Shown piece after piece: positions 12,252 to 24,847 of a stretch of 64,000 bases of DNA. Under the pieces are notes generated by a model. That model searched no databases. It was not told where the DNA came from and saw only the letters and a list, made by a program, of their open reading frames with translations. Where the stretch lies: contig NW_003314299.1 in NCBI RefSeq assembly GCF_000143415.4, positions 1,424,316 to 1,488,315 of the forward strand, given 5' to 3'. A program made the position numbers and the translations under genes. The DNA is from Selaginella moellendorffii. Lineage: Eukaryota; Plantae; Lycopodiophyta. How positions within the stretch are numbered: position 1 is the first letter of the stretch; every line of letters starts with the position of its first letter.

Positions 12252-14324
12252 TCACCTTGCCAACTGGTATCTTTGGGCTTGTTGAAGGCTTTGCCTCCTC
12301 AGTGACTTTCCCAACATGGAAGAATCTCCTCTAGAGTATAGGTTCACAAGCAGCACATAGACTGGTTTCAAATTCTCTATGTTAGAACCACCAAGAACAC
12401 GCTCTGCCACCCAAGCTCCCAGTTTGTGATTGTTGTGACTCCTGCAAGCGCCAAGCAAGCAAATCCAATCCACAGCCTCAGCAACGTAGGGCATTCCCTG
12501 GATGAGATCTCGAGCGTCTTCCAGATGCCCAGCTCGGCCCAGCGTGTCAAGCATGCAGCAGTAGTGCTGCTTCGAGTGGGGGATTCCGAAGTCGAGGGTG
12601 ATGGATATGAAGCTGGATCTAGCAGCGTAGAGCTTCCCTCCTTGACTGCAGGCAATGAGATGGAGCACGAAGCAGATATCGTTTGGGGATTCCGTGATCT
12701 TGGTGGTGTCAAAGAGATCACAGAGCTGGTCACTGCAGCTCTCGAGGTTCTGGCAGTAGGCCGCGAGCATTGCGTTCCTGGAGACGATTCCTGGCTCGGG
12801 AATCATGTCGAAAACTCGCCTGGCCCTCACGAGCAGCCCATTGCGGTAGTACGCAACAATGAGCGACGTCCACGACATGGAATCCCTCTCCGGCATCGCA
12901 AAGAATAACAACAACGCCTCCCTCAAGAAACCATTCTGTGAGTAGCCAGCGAGGAGGGTGTTCCACGAGAAAAGGTTCCACTCGGGCATATTGTCGAAGA
13001 TCCGCTTGGATTCTAACAGATGCCCTGAGAGGGCAAATGCAGCCAGCAAAGCAGTCCACGATACGACGTCATGTTGGAGCATTTGGTCAAACATGGACTT
13101 GGACTTCTCTACTTCACCGCTCTCTCCGTACGCCACTAGCATTGACGTACAAGATTCCAGGTGCCGGAGCGGCATCTGGGAGAACAATCGCTCGGCATCC
13201 TGCAAATGCCCATACTGGGCATTTACCGCAAGCATGGACGTCCACGTGGCCAGTTGCCACTGTGGCATGGCCCTAAAAACACTCAATGCCTCGCTGACAT
13301 TGCCGGCTTGTGTGTAAGCCCGCAACAGCGAGGTCCACGTCACAAGGTTCTGGACTGGCATATTCTCAAACGTACGCCTAGCTTCTAGAACATTCCCTTC
13401 TTGGGCATATGCCGTAAGGAGAGATGTCCACGCGACAAGATCCCACTGGGGCATTCTGTCAAACAAATGTTTAGCTAATTCTACCTGATCACTTCCAGCG
13501 TAAGCGTTTAAGAGAGTATTGTACGAGATAATATCATGCTCGGGTATCCCATCGAAGTGTATCTTTGTACGCTCCAGATACCCAGAGTGGGCATATGCCA
13601 CCATCATCGCGTTCCAGGCGGGGAGCTGGAACTCGGGCATCGAGTGGAATATTTTCTCGGCATTTATCAGATCCTTGCTCTGAGAATATCCCGCCAGCAT
13701 CGCATTCAGCGTCACGAGATTCCACGCAGGCATATCATGAAATATTCGCTCCGATTCCAGGATATGCCCAGTTTGGGCATATGCAGCGAGCATGGCAGTC
13801 GAGGACACGAGGTTTCTCTCGGGCATCCAGTCGAATATCCGCCTCGATTCCTCGAGATCTCCACTCTGCGCGTATGCGACGAGCATCGTGGTGCACGAGA
13901 CAGAGTTGAGAGCCGGAATTCGATCGAAAATCTCTCGCGCGCGATCGATCTGCGCCCCATTCCGAATGTGGGCGCTCAGAATCGCGGTCCACGCGACGAT
14001 GTCGGGCTCCGGGATCCGATCGAACAGCCGCTTCGCATCGTCCAAGCGATCGTTCCGCGAGTACGCGCAGAGCATCAAAACCCAGGAAAAGGGGTTCTTG
14101 TGCGGGATTTCATCGAACGCTTGCTTCGCTTGCTCCAATCCGCCGCACCGCGCGTACATCTCCACGATCTTGTTGTAGACAAACACGTCGAGCGATCCAA
14201 TGCCTCGGCGCACGCGCTCGTGGATCTCTTGCGCCCGCGAGAGCGTGTTACAGCCCTCCAGGAGACGCACACAGTGGCTTCGCTCCATCCAAAGATTTGA
14301 ATCTGGAGCGTTCGATGGCGACAC
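12252..14324 (-). CDS. PPR protein with many ~31-aa short (S/SS) motifs and an E-type C-terminus; no DYW domain
   Basis: Intronless 690-aa ORF with repeated (D/N)(L/V)V(S/A)W(T/N)A(M/L)L.AYAQ.G.L..A..(I/L)F..MP units, then HYCCMLDTLGRAG and W..LLGAC. Confidence 0.9.
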   Translation of the reverse strand: MSPSNAPDSNLWMERSHCVRLLEGCNTLSRAQEIHERVRRGIGSLDVFVYNKIVEMYARCGGLEQAKQAFDEIPHKNPFSWVLMLCAYSRNDRLDDAKRLFDRIPEPDIVAWTAILSAHIRNGAQIDRAREIFDRIPALNSVSCTTMLVAYAQSGDLEESRRIFDWMPERNLVSSTAMLAAYAQTGHILESERIFHDMPAWNLVTLNAMLAGYSQSKDLINAEKIFHSMPEFQLPAWNAMMVAYAHSGYLERTKIHFDGIPEHDIISYNTLLNAYAGSDQVELAKHLFDRMPQWDLVAWTSLLTAYAQEGNVLEARRTFENMPVQNLVTWTSLLRAYTQAGNVSEALSVFRAMPQWQLATWTSMLAVNAQYGHLQDAERLFSQMPLRHLESCTSMLVAYGESGEVEKSKSMFDQMLQHDVVSWTALLAAFALSGHLLESKRIFDNMPEWNLFSWNTLLAGYSQNGFLREALLLFFAMPERDSMSWTSLIVAYYRNGLLVRARRVFDMIPEPGIVSRNAMLAAYCQNLESCSDQLCDLFDTTKITESPNDICFVLHLIACSQGGKLYAARSSFISITLDFGIPHSKQHYCCMLDTLGRAGHLEDARDLIQGMPYVAEAVDWICLLGACRSHNNHKLGAWVAERVLGGSNIENLKPVYVLLVNLYSRGDSSMLGKSLRRQSLQQAQRYQLAR

Positions 14325-14342
14325 CGCCGTCTATGGGCCTTC

Positions 14343-14810
14343 TTGGCCGATCAGCTCTGGAATCGAGGTATCGGGACGGCTTCCTCTGATGATTCGCTGG
14401 TTTTGGTATGGCAGATCGATGATTTGTTGAGCATGGCCCAGGCGCTAAGGTTCCAGCACCAGAGTGGTCCAAGGGAGAATTTTGCTGCACAGCTAGGCCT
14501 TGGCCGATCAGCATTGAGTCGAATGGCAGGATCGCCACTGGTCTATATCCCAATATACAGGTAAAGCTCACAATCCAATTTTCTCCTGTGCATGGCTGTG
14601 CAAGTTCTCTTTCTTTTTGCTCCCTCCATTGTCCTTACGAACTTCTCGTATAGATTTTAGCTTTTCTTTCCCTTATTACTGCTAGCTTCCTTCTCATAGA
14701 GATTGAAGCATTCCCTCCTTTCCTCCTTAGAAAACTTAATCATCGTTCTCCTACTGTTGTTATTTTTCAGGTACAACGTAACTTGGGGATGGCCAACAAA
14801 TCCAAAAGGG
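14343..14810 (+). pseudogene. Decayed partial duplicate of the 2OG dioxygenase gene
   Basis: TATGGCAGATCGATGAT, GGTTCCAGCACCAG, GGCCTTGGCCGATCAGC, TACAGGTA.AGCTCAC, intron-2 sequence and TTTTCAGGTA.AAC all match 11100-11840, with deletions. Confidence 0.85.
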
Positions 14811-15115
14811 TTGAGGATTTTCATCACAAATGGTGGACTTTGGAAGCAAAAATACCTTAGTTTAGACTGGAGCTGAGAATTTGCAAAGAAGAAATCCTAG
14901 AGGAATATAGTTGGAGATAAGAGGGACAAAGAGTGAATGGACTTTCTACGTCGGATAAATCTTCTAAAGCCGTGAATATTCTTTGTTTCCCGGAAATTCT
15001 AGGCGCGGATTGCGTTCATGCCGCCGGATAGCGCTCGCTCTTTGTCGATTCGGATTGTGATGTTTTCCGATACCGCATTCTTGATTGCGATCGAAATTTC
15101 ATTACAGCACTTGTA

Positions 15116-16247
15116 ATGTTTGATCGAAATTTCGTTTTGTCTAGAGGGTTTCGAAGGAGAGAAGCCCGTGAACAAGAAGACTTTTATGGCACTCTCATTC
15201 TACTTGCATATCTTGTCCAACTCTTCGGTGCTACGCTTATTCCACGTGAATCATATGTATGGAGTAACACCATGACTCTGCTAGTGATGGTTCTTGACAC
15301 CGAAATGCAGAACTGTACCAGTCATGTTTTTTTCCCATTCTTTTTATCTTCTAACTATATTGTTTAATCAGGATCTGATCAAGAGCTCTCAGATTGTAGA
15401 TGCGATAAACAACGAAGACGTAGAATTGCTGCATGACTGTGTTGTCTACTTTTTGGGCCCAAAAGTGGAAGCCATGTCTAAACACTGCAAAGGTAGTGCT
15501 GCTTTCTGATCTAACTTAACCCTTATTAGGTCCGTGCTCTCTCATGAGTATAACAGCTGCTCAAATTTTGGTGGAGGCTATGGGCAAGTTGATTTCTAAC
15601 TAAACACTTCCGAACAAGGAAACTGGTCCTGTTCTCAGCATTCTTGCTTCTTTGCAAAATGCTGCACAGGTGTTGGTGGCAGAGCTGAAGCCGTTTCTTC
15701 CTCTTTCACTCAAGCATGTGGAAGAGTTAGATACATGGGGATCTTTTTTCCTGGAGATCTGAAGTACACAAATCCTATTGACATTATGTCAAATATGGGG
15801 ATGCAGCTGGTTGACGAGCAGCACGCCGCTCGCTTTCAAAGGAAGTTTGGCGGGGTTCTTGAATGTATTCTCCATTCTGGAACCTTGCACTGTGAGATGC
15901 AAATAGTGAGCCATCTGGTGAGCTCTGGCACTACTGGTACCAACTTCGAGAATTTTGGCTTGAGTAAATTGCCCTGTGGCTTGTGTTATGAGGTATTTGC
16001 TATGTTACAAAGTATTTGTTTCTCACTTATGATTTTATACTCGCATGCAGATACTGAAGATCTTCGTGCGTAACACGGAAAGTTTATTGGCAATTGGAGG
16101 TCTCTTGCTGGCTGTCCCTTCGACGTAGCAGCTGTGACCAAGTGTCTGCAGGATCATGTGGCTGTTCTGATCCAATCGGCTCACAACCACACCCTGGAAG
16201 CCCAAGGGCTTCGACTGTTACGTACAGACTTGCCCAAGTTTGAGTAA
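15116..16247 (+). pseudogene. OTT_1508-like nucleic-acid deaminase, multi-exon, apparently frameshifted (5' boundary uncertain)
   Basis: LHCEMQI (HCE at 15888-15896), then FGLSKLPCGLC, then after an intron and a 1-nt frame break HGKFIGNW; final stop at 16245-16247. Confidence 0.72.
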
Positions 16248-16283
16248 AAAGATTTCTAACATTTTATTTCTAGTAATCAGATG

Positions 16284-18092
16284 TTAATCTGGTGAGCACG
16301 TCGACTTGGCAAGAGCTGGGTCGAGTGGGGTGCTGATTACAAGAACCGTAGAATCCTTGTCTGCAGGATCTAATACTGAGAGAGCCTCTGCTGTCTGTAC
16401 AACATCCCCACGAGAAGCTTCCTCGATGGCGTGAGCGGCTAGTTTCTTCAAGGACAAGGTCGCCACTATAAACAGGTCTCGTGGTTGTTTTGTTGCCTCC
16501 ACCACGTTCACGTTGCCAGCATCTTCTGGGGTGAGCCACTGAAACGAAATAAGAAACTTTTTCGTATGAGCAGGAAGCAAAGACAGCTCCATACTCACCT
16601 TCAAACCTTGCGAACCGACAAGAGCAACTACGAAAGCGCCAGGCCCGCCGACTGCTACGACATTCCCCTTGACAGCAATCACTGTCGAGTGCATCTCCGG
16701 AAGCCACTCATCCTCCTTTGACACAACGAGAAAATACATCGAATACGAAAAACAAAAGAAGAAAATACCCGAATTGTGTGGATGCTTTCGACCTCGTCGT
16801 CTTCCTTTTCCCAGTCCCGCTCGTCTTTTTCGACTTGCATGAGCTCCTGGATCCTGTTTTGCGTCCCTTGCTTTACTCTAGATATACCCATCATGTATGG
16901 ATCACACAAACTTAAGCCTTTTACCTGCGGAAGAGACTTTCAATGGAACGCTTCAGGTTGCCAGTGCAAAAGGCGTCTGACAAATACATGTTGAACAGCC
17001 CCAACCTGTACATACACAGGTCTCTTGCCACTGCGAAACAAAGCCCAGATGAGAGTTCAGTGTAAGAAAGAAATGACTTACGTGGATGTCGGGCTCCACG
17101 ATAGCCATCCGATACAATAACGTGGATTTTCTCATCTCCCACTTGCAATTCTTGAAACAAGTTCTGCAGCGATCACCTTTGAGAACAGCAAACTCAATCA
17201 ACAATGCTCACCAGATTGAAAGACAACTTCTTGTCCATCCTAGCACAAGACAAGCCGCCCTGAACATGAATCTGTGGCCCAAACCCGCGATCAAGCGGGT
17301 AAAACCGCACGCCCCTTGGGAAATCCACCTCCCGCTGCTCTCGCCACCCCATACCTAGCTAGGTTTGTAAAAATTGAACATGTTTAGCGCAATTAGTTAG
17401 GTGGTGGCATCCTCTGTGCTGGAAGAATACAGTGAAATCCTCCCTCTGGCTACATGAGATCAATGAGAAACTTCTTCCATGACGCTTGCCGTCGGAATCT
17501 GTATGGGATTCGCCTTGGCATCCTCTGTGCTGGAAGAATACAGTGAAATCCTCCCTCTGGCTACATGAGATCAATGAGAAACTTCTTCCATATGGGATTC
17601 GCCTTGGCATCTTCCGTATAGCGGCTGCCCATGTACTTGTAGAAGTGTTTCGGAAGAACAGCGCGTCCCAGGAGCAGGGGAACTGGTGTAGATACGGCAT
17701 ATTTTGGTTAGTCCGTAGCGTTCCATTTTGGCACTTCCAATGGAGCCCACGTCATGGGAGTATCTGGTTTGTATTCGTCGTCGGGGAGCTCCGCCCATTC
17801 ATAAAAAATCTGCTTTTCTTGGTCAATAATTTTCCCGTGGACATCCCGACGTGTGGCAATGAGGATCACATAAGCTGCACAAACTTAGTGGGTGCAAACA
17901 TCTCGTCCCAGTATCCAAGCGAGCTCGGGAATCCAGCTCAAGCCCTGTTTCGTATCTCCTTCCTCTGCGTATTAAGATCTCACCATGGATCGAGAGCGCA
18001 TCCGTGACATTGGTCGTTGGTGGTAAGTTCTCCACACACATAGACACACTTGACTTATGCGACTTACTTGAAGCACCAGGATATGAATTCAT
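16284..18092 (-). other. Unidentified multi-exon, lineage-specific gene or pseudogene convergent with the deaminase
   Basis: Chain of minus-strand ORF pieces bounded by GT-AG sites, with Cys-rich segments (CRTCFKNC, CVCTGWGCSTCIC). No recognisable domain. Confidence 0.4.
17405..17611. repeat. Interleaved perfect direct repeats (76 bp x2 and 21 bp x2)
   Basis: 17405-17480 equals 17516-17591; TATGGGATTCGCCTTGGCATC occurs at 17502 and 17591. Confidence 0.9.
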
Positions 18093-18699
18093 TGAAGTAT
18101 GTCTGTTTTTCTTCTGTTTTCTTCTTACGGCTTAGCTAATTTTTCCAGATCGACGAAGGAAAAGAGAGCGCTTTGAGTGCTCTCTGGGTCCATATCAATG
18201 GGCAATTAGTATGGATCTGGAGCAGACATCCCAAAGATTGACAGTGGTGAGAGGCTCAAACATCTCGCCCAGTACTCTGAACAACAAATTTATCAATGCT
18301 TGCAAGTTGTGTGGCCAAGTCGAAAGAGTGGAGTTGAGATGGGATATGTGTTCTACCACCCAGCTGAGATGAGGAACATGATGATAGATAAATTTCAAAG
18401 TTCTTCCAGAAAATCTTTTCTTTGGCATTTTCATTCCATTCCAGGCTATGAGGCTATGAGGTCACAATCAATCAATCTCAATGGCATGTAAAACCAGTGC
18501 CCCGATGCTTTGATATCAACATGCTTAACTGTGCAGAAGGGGATATCCAAGTCACATTTTTGGTTTGCTAAAATGCCCCAAATGTTATGGTGTGGAGGAT
18601 GAACTGGTGAGCTTAGAGAGTGAGTGTGATAGCGAGGAAGGTATTGTGTAGATGGTATTACTGTAGGGATGCTCACTTCATTTCTAGTGAAGTTTGTCA

Positions 18700-21298
18700 A
18701 AGACAACTATTTCAACTACAACTATATGCAGTATACTAAGATTGTAGCTGAGTAGGTGATTAGTCAATTAAAAATGCACTAAATATATGTAGTCAAATTG
18801 CATTATAGATTATGCTATTATGCACAGCATTATGGTAGTTAAGTGGTGACATATTTTTTAAGGAGTGGGATAGTGGTAATCATGTCTAGAATATGACACT
18901 CAAGAAAGTAATGTTGTACTTTTGGATTTAGATTTAAGAAGATTATGATTATATTTTAAGTTTGCACTAATAAAGAAATTATATTCTCTTTCTAATCATT
19001 GGGTGGATGAGTTCAACGAAATTGAAATGGACTTAGACAAATGTATGAGAAGGTTGCAAAGGAGTGTTTATTTGTGGTTTATCAATTTATAACCAGTTAA
19101 AGCTCATGTGTTCCATTAAGTAGAAAAACACTAAATTTACAGTGTATTTAACACTTTTGGATGGAAATCTAGTGCAAGGTATCTCAAAACAATGAATTTT
19201 ACTATAAAGCATCATCAATTAATTAATTTGAGAGATGTTTGGCATGCTTACAGCATGAGGTACTTTATTGCAGTGGGTTGAAAAATATAATACTAATGTA
19301 CACTATCACAAACAAACATGGATATTGGCATATATATATTTCAATAAGACTATTCCAACCCAATAAATGCAAAACTAGATTATAAGCATCAATTTTTATT
19401 TTTACCTCAAACTTCAGACACTTACTAGTATAGTACAGTTGTGCCCCTTACTCACAAACACATTATCACGTTAAACATTAATAATGTGTACCAAAACCAT
19501 ACTTTTATACTTCTCTATAAAGTACTTATAAAAAAAATTAATAATCACTTAAATAATTTTTTATTTTAAAAGTAATGTGGAAAGTTTTGTGATGTGGCAA
19601 GGCATATAAAACCCATCCATACCACATACACTTTAACATTACCAAAAGTGATGTGAATGTGTTATAAAATAACATTTTTGTGTATACAAACAAAAAAACA
19701 TAGCATAAATTTAGACAACACTTTTTAATAGTTATAAGTGATGAATCCATGCTTTTGTCCATATATAAAGAATGAAGTATCTTTGAGATTAAATTTATAA
19801 AAAGAACTCATAATAAATATTTGACTCTTGTAGCATATCATTTTATTTATATCTCCAGAGTTAAAAATAAAATCTATAAACTATATTGTTACTACAAATC
19901 ATATCTAATTACTAAATAAATATAATTAATACTTCACAACTCTAAAATTAATTTTGATGTATCTAAACTCTCATTTAACAAAATCTTATAGTTTTGCAAT
20001 AATGATGCTCATCCAAAAAAATATTAATAACAATATTACACATTAATATATGGTTACAAAGCCTTAAAGTACTAAATGATTGTTTATATATTTATAATTA
20101 AAATTTTATAGTAAAAACTAATCTAATAAAATTTATTCATATAGCTTATAAAATAAATTTAAAATAAACAACTCCTAATATATAATGCATGTAAAAAATA
20201 TTTAATTATTTCCATTATGTAAATAATTGTTTTTTAAAAATATATTAAAATAAAAATATTTAAATTTACTTTTTAAAAATGATGGATTAATATTTACCTC
20301 TAATGGTAGTTAATGACTGAGTTTAAATAGGGAAAATAATAGAATTTAAAAATTCAAGTGCAAAAACACGTCTTTAACTAATCTTTTGTATTGATCTAAA
20401 TTTAATTGTAACCTAAAAACACATTTATAAATTTATATATATGTCTTCTCATAACCGTATCCAGAATAATATTAATAAACAGAGTAAGAAAGTAATTGCA
20501 GATAGTAGCTTTGTTCAATGCCCTAAAATTAACATAAACACGTAAGTTTCATGAATTAAAGCTACATATTAAAAGGTAATTGAAGCCATTCGCACTTGCT
20601 CTTTATTCTTGAAATGTGTTAAATTTAAGTGATGAATACATTCGCACTATGTTTTAAAATAAAGTAAATTACTTTACATTAAAATTTAGGATATTTTTTT
20701 AAAACATTTTGATTCGCACATAGTGCTAACTTTAACACAATGTTTTCACTTTTTAAAACATTCAGACCAATTTTAAAAGATGGGGGGGGGTTCTTTTAAA
20801 CTTAAAATATTTTTAAAAGGAATCTCCAAGATTCCCTAAAGATTCCAGCACCCTAATTAGGGCATTTCAGTTTTTTGCCGCGAGCTCAAGCATTTTATGG
20901 TGGGGGAGCCGATAGCAGTCATCGCTCTAGGGTTAGATCTTGTTGGGGATTCGGTAGAGGAAGGAGGAGCAACTGATTTTGGGGAAAGAGGAGCTGTAGG
21001 GTTTAACACGAGTTCGGGGCAGTGGCATACAGCAAGGAGGTGCTGCTCGTGGAGTGAGGAGCAACCGTGGTGGAGGAGCATCTGGGGCTAAAGGAAAAGC
21101 ACCAAGCCCAAATGTTGCTCGAGGAGGTAGGCTGCCTCAGGGCCAAGGCCGTGGAAATGCCAATCTCTCGAATCTTGGCCTATTTTGAAGACATTTTGAA
21201 ATAAGTCAAGTTTTATAAATATAAAATTTTTAAATTTCAATTTAAAACTTAAATAAGCAAACAAAATGATAAAATTATAACAAAAGTTTTTCAATATA
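18700..21298. other. AT-rich, CpG-poor non-coding island (probably old TE-derived), with a small GC-rich patch at about 20860-21180
   Basis: Visibly AT-dominated sequence that contrasts with the genic flanks; no credible ORFs. Confidence 0.55.
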
Positions 21299-24140
21299 AC
21301 TTTATGAGGTCCAAGTTTATAGTTATGATGCCATATACTAATATTAGCATTGTGGGATTTTAATTACCCTTAGATTGATTTTAATCTGGACCATTCACTT
21401 CTATATATAAACTAGGTTTTTGGGCTAATTGATATATATTTTATATTATCTTTCCATATTCCATGCACTAATATTGATGAAAATGAGGGGTAATTTTGAT
21501 TGTCCCTAATGAGTGCTAGAATTTGGGATTTTGGTTTAAATTTAACTTTTGCATTGTCTTGTCTAGATCTCCTTTTTCTTATTGCTTTCTCAATTTTTTT
21601 TCTTTTGCTCTTTTTTTTAATTCATCTTCATGGTAGAGCAACAACCTACTTATCTTTTGACTCTAGAGTAATAGTTGGTACAATTGTTCGATGTTATGTG
21701 GTTGCAATTGAACACCTAAACTCAATTGATAGTAACATTCACGACACATAATACAATTCCTTCTACTCTTATTACTAATCTTCATATTTGGTTAAAATTC
21801 TTCCGTGGGAATCTTAGGGATGATGTGTACCATTGATTCAATCACTTCATGGTAATTGCCACATATCATTCATAGGATGATGCTCAACATTTGTGTGAGT
21901 TTCCCATGTCTTTCTAAGGGATGACACTATAATGGTATAATGGTTTAAGTATACCTACTCGTGAGGATTGAAGTATTATTTCGGATGTGTTCAAGTTCAC
22001 ATTTGGATATGTTAACGATTGTGATGATGCCTTTTAATAATTGCATCATCTTTGTTAAGGGCAATCTAGGGTGGTGATGCAATTTGGCATTTGTTTTTAA
22101 AGCCTTTTGTTTTGTGTAAAGCCAAATATGTCACAACGGATCAAGCTAGGAATATTGTGGCTAGCACTTTGTCAATATCTGGTAAAAGTTGTGCATGCAC
22201 TTGTTTCTGCCACCCTTGACAATGCCCTTCGCTGGGTACAATATTATGAAATGTCGCCTCTTCCACTTTTTGTTACACATCCTTTAACTCCACTTCATGT
22301 GGGAGATGGTTTTGTTTCAATGGAAGTTGATGCCACTAGTTATATTGCTCGGTGGGCTTTGAAGCTTCAGATATATGATTTTGATGGTGTTCATTTCCCA
22401 AGGATTCTATGGCTAATATTGATGCCCTTTCTGCAGCTCTTCTTCCGTTCTTACTCTCTTCTCATTTTTTGACAACCTATTGTTGTAGTATTTATGGATT
22501 TTTTAGATGAGGAATTTGTGCCATCGATGGTTGTTATACTTAATATTTAATGTCCACAAGGTGCAAAGTAAGATTTACCTTCTTTTAACGAGATTCGTGA
22601 GGCTCAAAAGATTAAACTATGAATTTGAAAATTTCGAGATAGATTTAAAAATCTTGCATCACTTGCTGATGACTTGCCCTTTTAAAATTTACATTTTCAA
22701 TATCACCTTAAGGATAGTCTTCTTTATTTTTTGGGGATGGATCTTGATGATTATTTACAATTGATGGTGCTTTCTATTTTTATTCTACACTTTTTCTATG
22801 CCTACCATAATTCTTCTATTCTTGGTTGGGACATCATCATGTGATTAAGAAGTTGTGTAGGTCTTTTTATTAGCTGGAGATGCGACGTAATGTTATCTAG
22901 TATGTGCATAGTTGCATTTGGTGCTAAGTTTGTAATACTCCCCCTTGGGCTGTGGAAGGACGATTAAAATTAATTGTAGTTTTTTGTCCATTTGAGTTAG
23001 TGACATTTAATTTGATAGGACCTTTTCCACAATTAAAATTTAGCAATGAGTATGTTATTAGTGCTTCTGACTACTTGACTTGCTGGGTGAAAGGTGATGC
23101 TCTTGCTAGCACATTTACAATTGCTGTTAGATATTTCCTCCTCAATCAAATAGTGTTCTAGCATTCTTGTCTAGAGTGGAGTTTTTTTGAAAAATGGTCC
23201 CGCATTTATGGTTGAGGCATTTTATATTTTGACATTTTGATTGGGGATATGCCACACTTTCACGAATGCTTATCATCCACAATCAAACAATTTGGTAGAA
23301 CAGCTTGTTTGAACCTTTAAAGGGATGATTGCAAAGTATGTGAACTTTTAATATTCAAATTGGAATGATTATTTGCCATCTCTTTAGTATACGTATATCA
23401 CAGGGGTGCAAAATTTTGTTAATGCTTCACTATATAAATTCTTATATGGTTATAACATAATATTGCCAATAGAGTTGGGTTTACCATTGCGATTGCCATG
23501 GTCTGCCAATACTAAGCCATGGGATCAATATTTGACAAACATTCTTCCACTTGTTTGAGTAGAGTTTGCCGAATACTTAGGTTGTATACAAATTCAACAA
23601 TAATAGCATTACAACTCCATTATTATTCATTTGCGGAGTACAAAATGAATGATTTGGTGTTAGTATGTTTTCCCCATTTTATCGTATTTGGTTTATTTAA
23701 AGAGTTCCTTGCTCAGTAGAAAAGTCCATATCAAATGTTATAGTAAATTGGACTAATGGTTTATGAGGTTTGGCATGACATCTAGCAAGCTGATCCTCCA
23801 AAAATTGTGCATGTATAGTGGCTAAAATGTTTTGTACTAAAGGATCAAGAACAATTAACACCATTTACAAATCCATTGATGCTTCCTCTTAATGTTCTTC
23901 TAAATCCCAGCCCATCCATAAAAGAACCTTGACAGTATTCCATCATTTTAAGAGGAGGGGATGATATAAGGTCTAAGTGTATAACTATAATGCTATATAT
24001 TAATATTAGTATAGTGGGATTTTGGTTGCCATTAAATTGGTTTCAATTCGGAGTATTTGCTCTTATATATAAGTTAGAGTTTTTGGGGTAATTGATATGC
24101 ACATTTCTTGTATTCTCTTTCCATATTCCATGGACTCACA
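21299..24140 (+). mobile_element. Degenerate, internally deleted Ty3/gypsy LTR retrotransposon
   Basis: Diverged ~175-bp LTRs at about 21299-21471 and 23962-24140 (TG...CA); polypurine tract AAGAGGAGGGGA at 23950-23961. RNase H remnant ARWALKLQIYDF. Integrase remnants PFELVTFNLIGPFP...DYLTCWV, AYHPQSN.LVE and WNDYLP, broken by stops. Confidence 0.85.
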
Positions 24141-24633
24141 ATTTGAATATACTAAATATCTTTCTTTAAAGATTTTGTAACAATTATTTGATATCAAGTA
24201 AATATTTGGTGATATTTTGAAATATCCACTAAATACTCTAACAACTATTTATAAAATCTATAGACAAATAATAAATGAAGAAGGATGATGAAATGGAAGA
24301 ATTTTTTTCTGATTATAAATTGTTAATTTGTCAGAATTAGATCTAGGAGCTTAAAATATTTTTATAAGAGGCAGAAAAGACATTTTAAAGGTCATTAAAA
24401 CCACTATATTTGCATATGAACTGCTGGCTGCTATGGGATTCTTTGGGCTTGCCAACAGAGTCCTCCTACATGGAAGAATCTCCTCAAGACATGTAGACTG
24501 CCAAGAACATTCCCTGCCACCCAAGCTCCCAGTTGCAAGCGCCAAGCAAACAAAATCAATCCACAGCCTCGGCGCATTCCCTGGATGACACCTTGGGTGT
24601 CTTCCAGATGCTTGAATTATATCACATGGAAAA

Positions 24634-24698
24634 ACCCAGCGTGACATGTCCACCATGGCAGACACCCAGCGTGACATGTCCACCATGGCAGACACCCA
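24634..24698. repeat. 30-bp perfect tandem repeat x2 at the insertion junction
   Basis: ACCCAGCGTGACATGTCCACCATGGCAGAC twice, followed by ACCCA. Confidence 0.9.
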
Positions 24699-24847
24699 TC
24701 GCTGCGGGAGAATTTCGACGTGGACAATGGTTTTGTAAGCGCATCTGCAGGCATGTCTTGTGTGGGGCTGTAGCTAAGCTAGACTACCTGATCTTCAAAC
24801 TAGTCCTGTCAAAGTGATGTGTTGTGTCCATGTGTTTCGTCTGGGAA

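Noticed and set aside
12252-16247. PPR-E plus adjacent deaminase as a split RNA-editing system
   Set aside because: The deaminase is not DYW-type, appears frameshifted and is on the opposite strand; adjacency alone is not evidence.
17405-17611. Repeat-spacer-like pattern as CRISPR
   Set aside because: Only two copies of each unit, no unique spacers or cas genes, and the context is eukaryotic.
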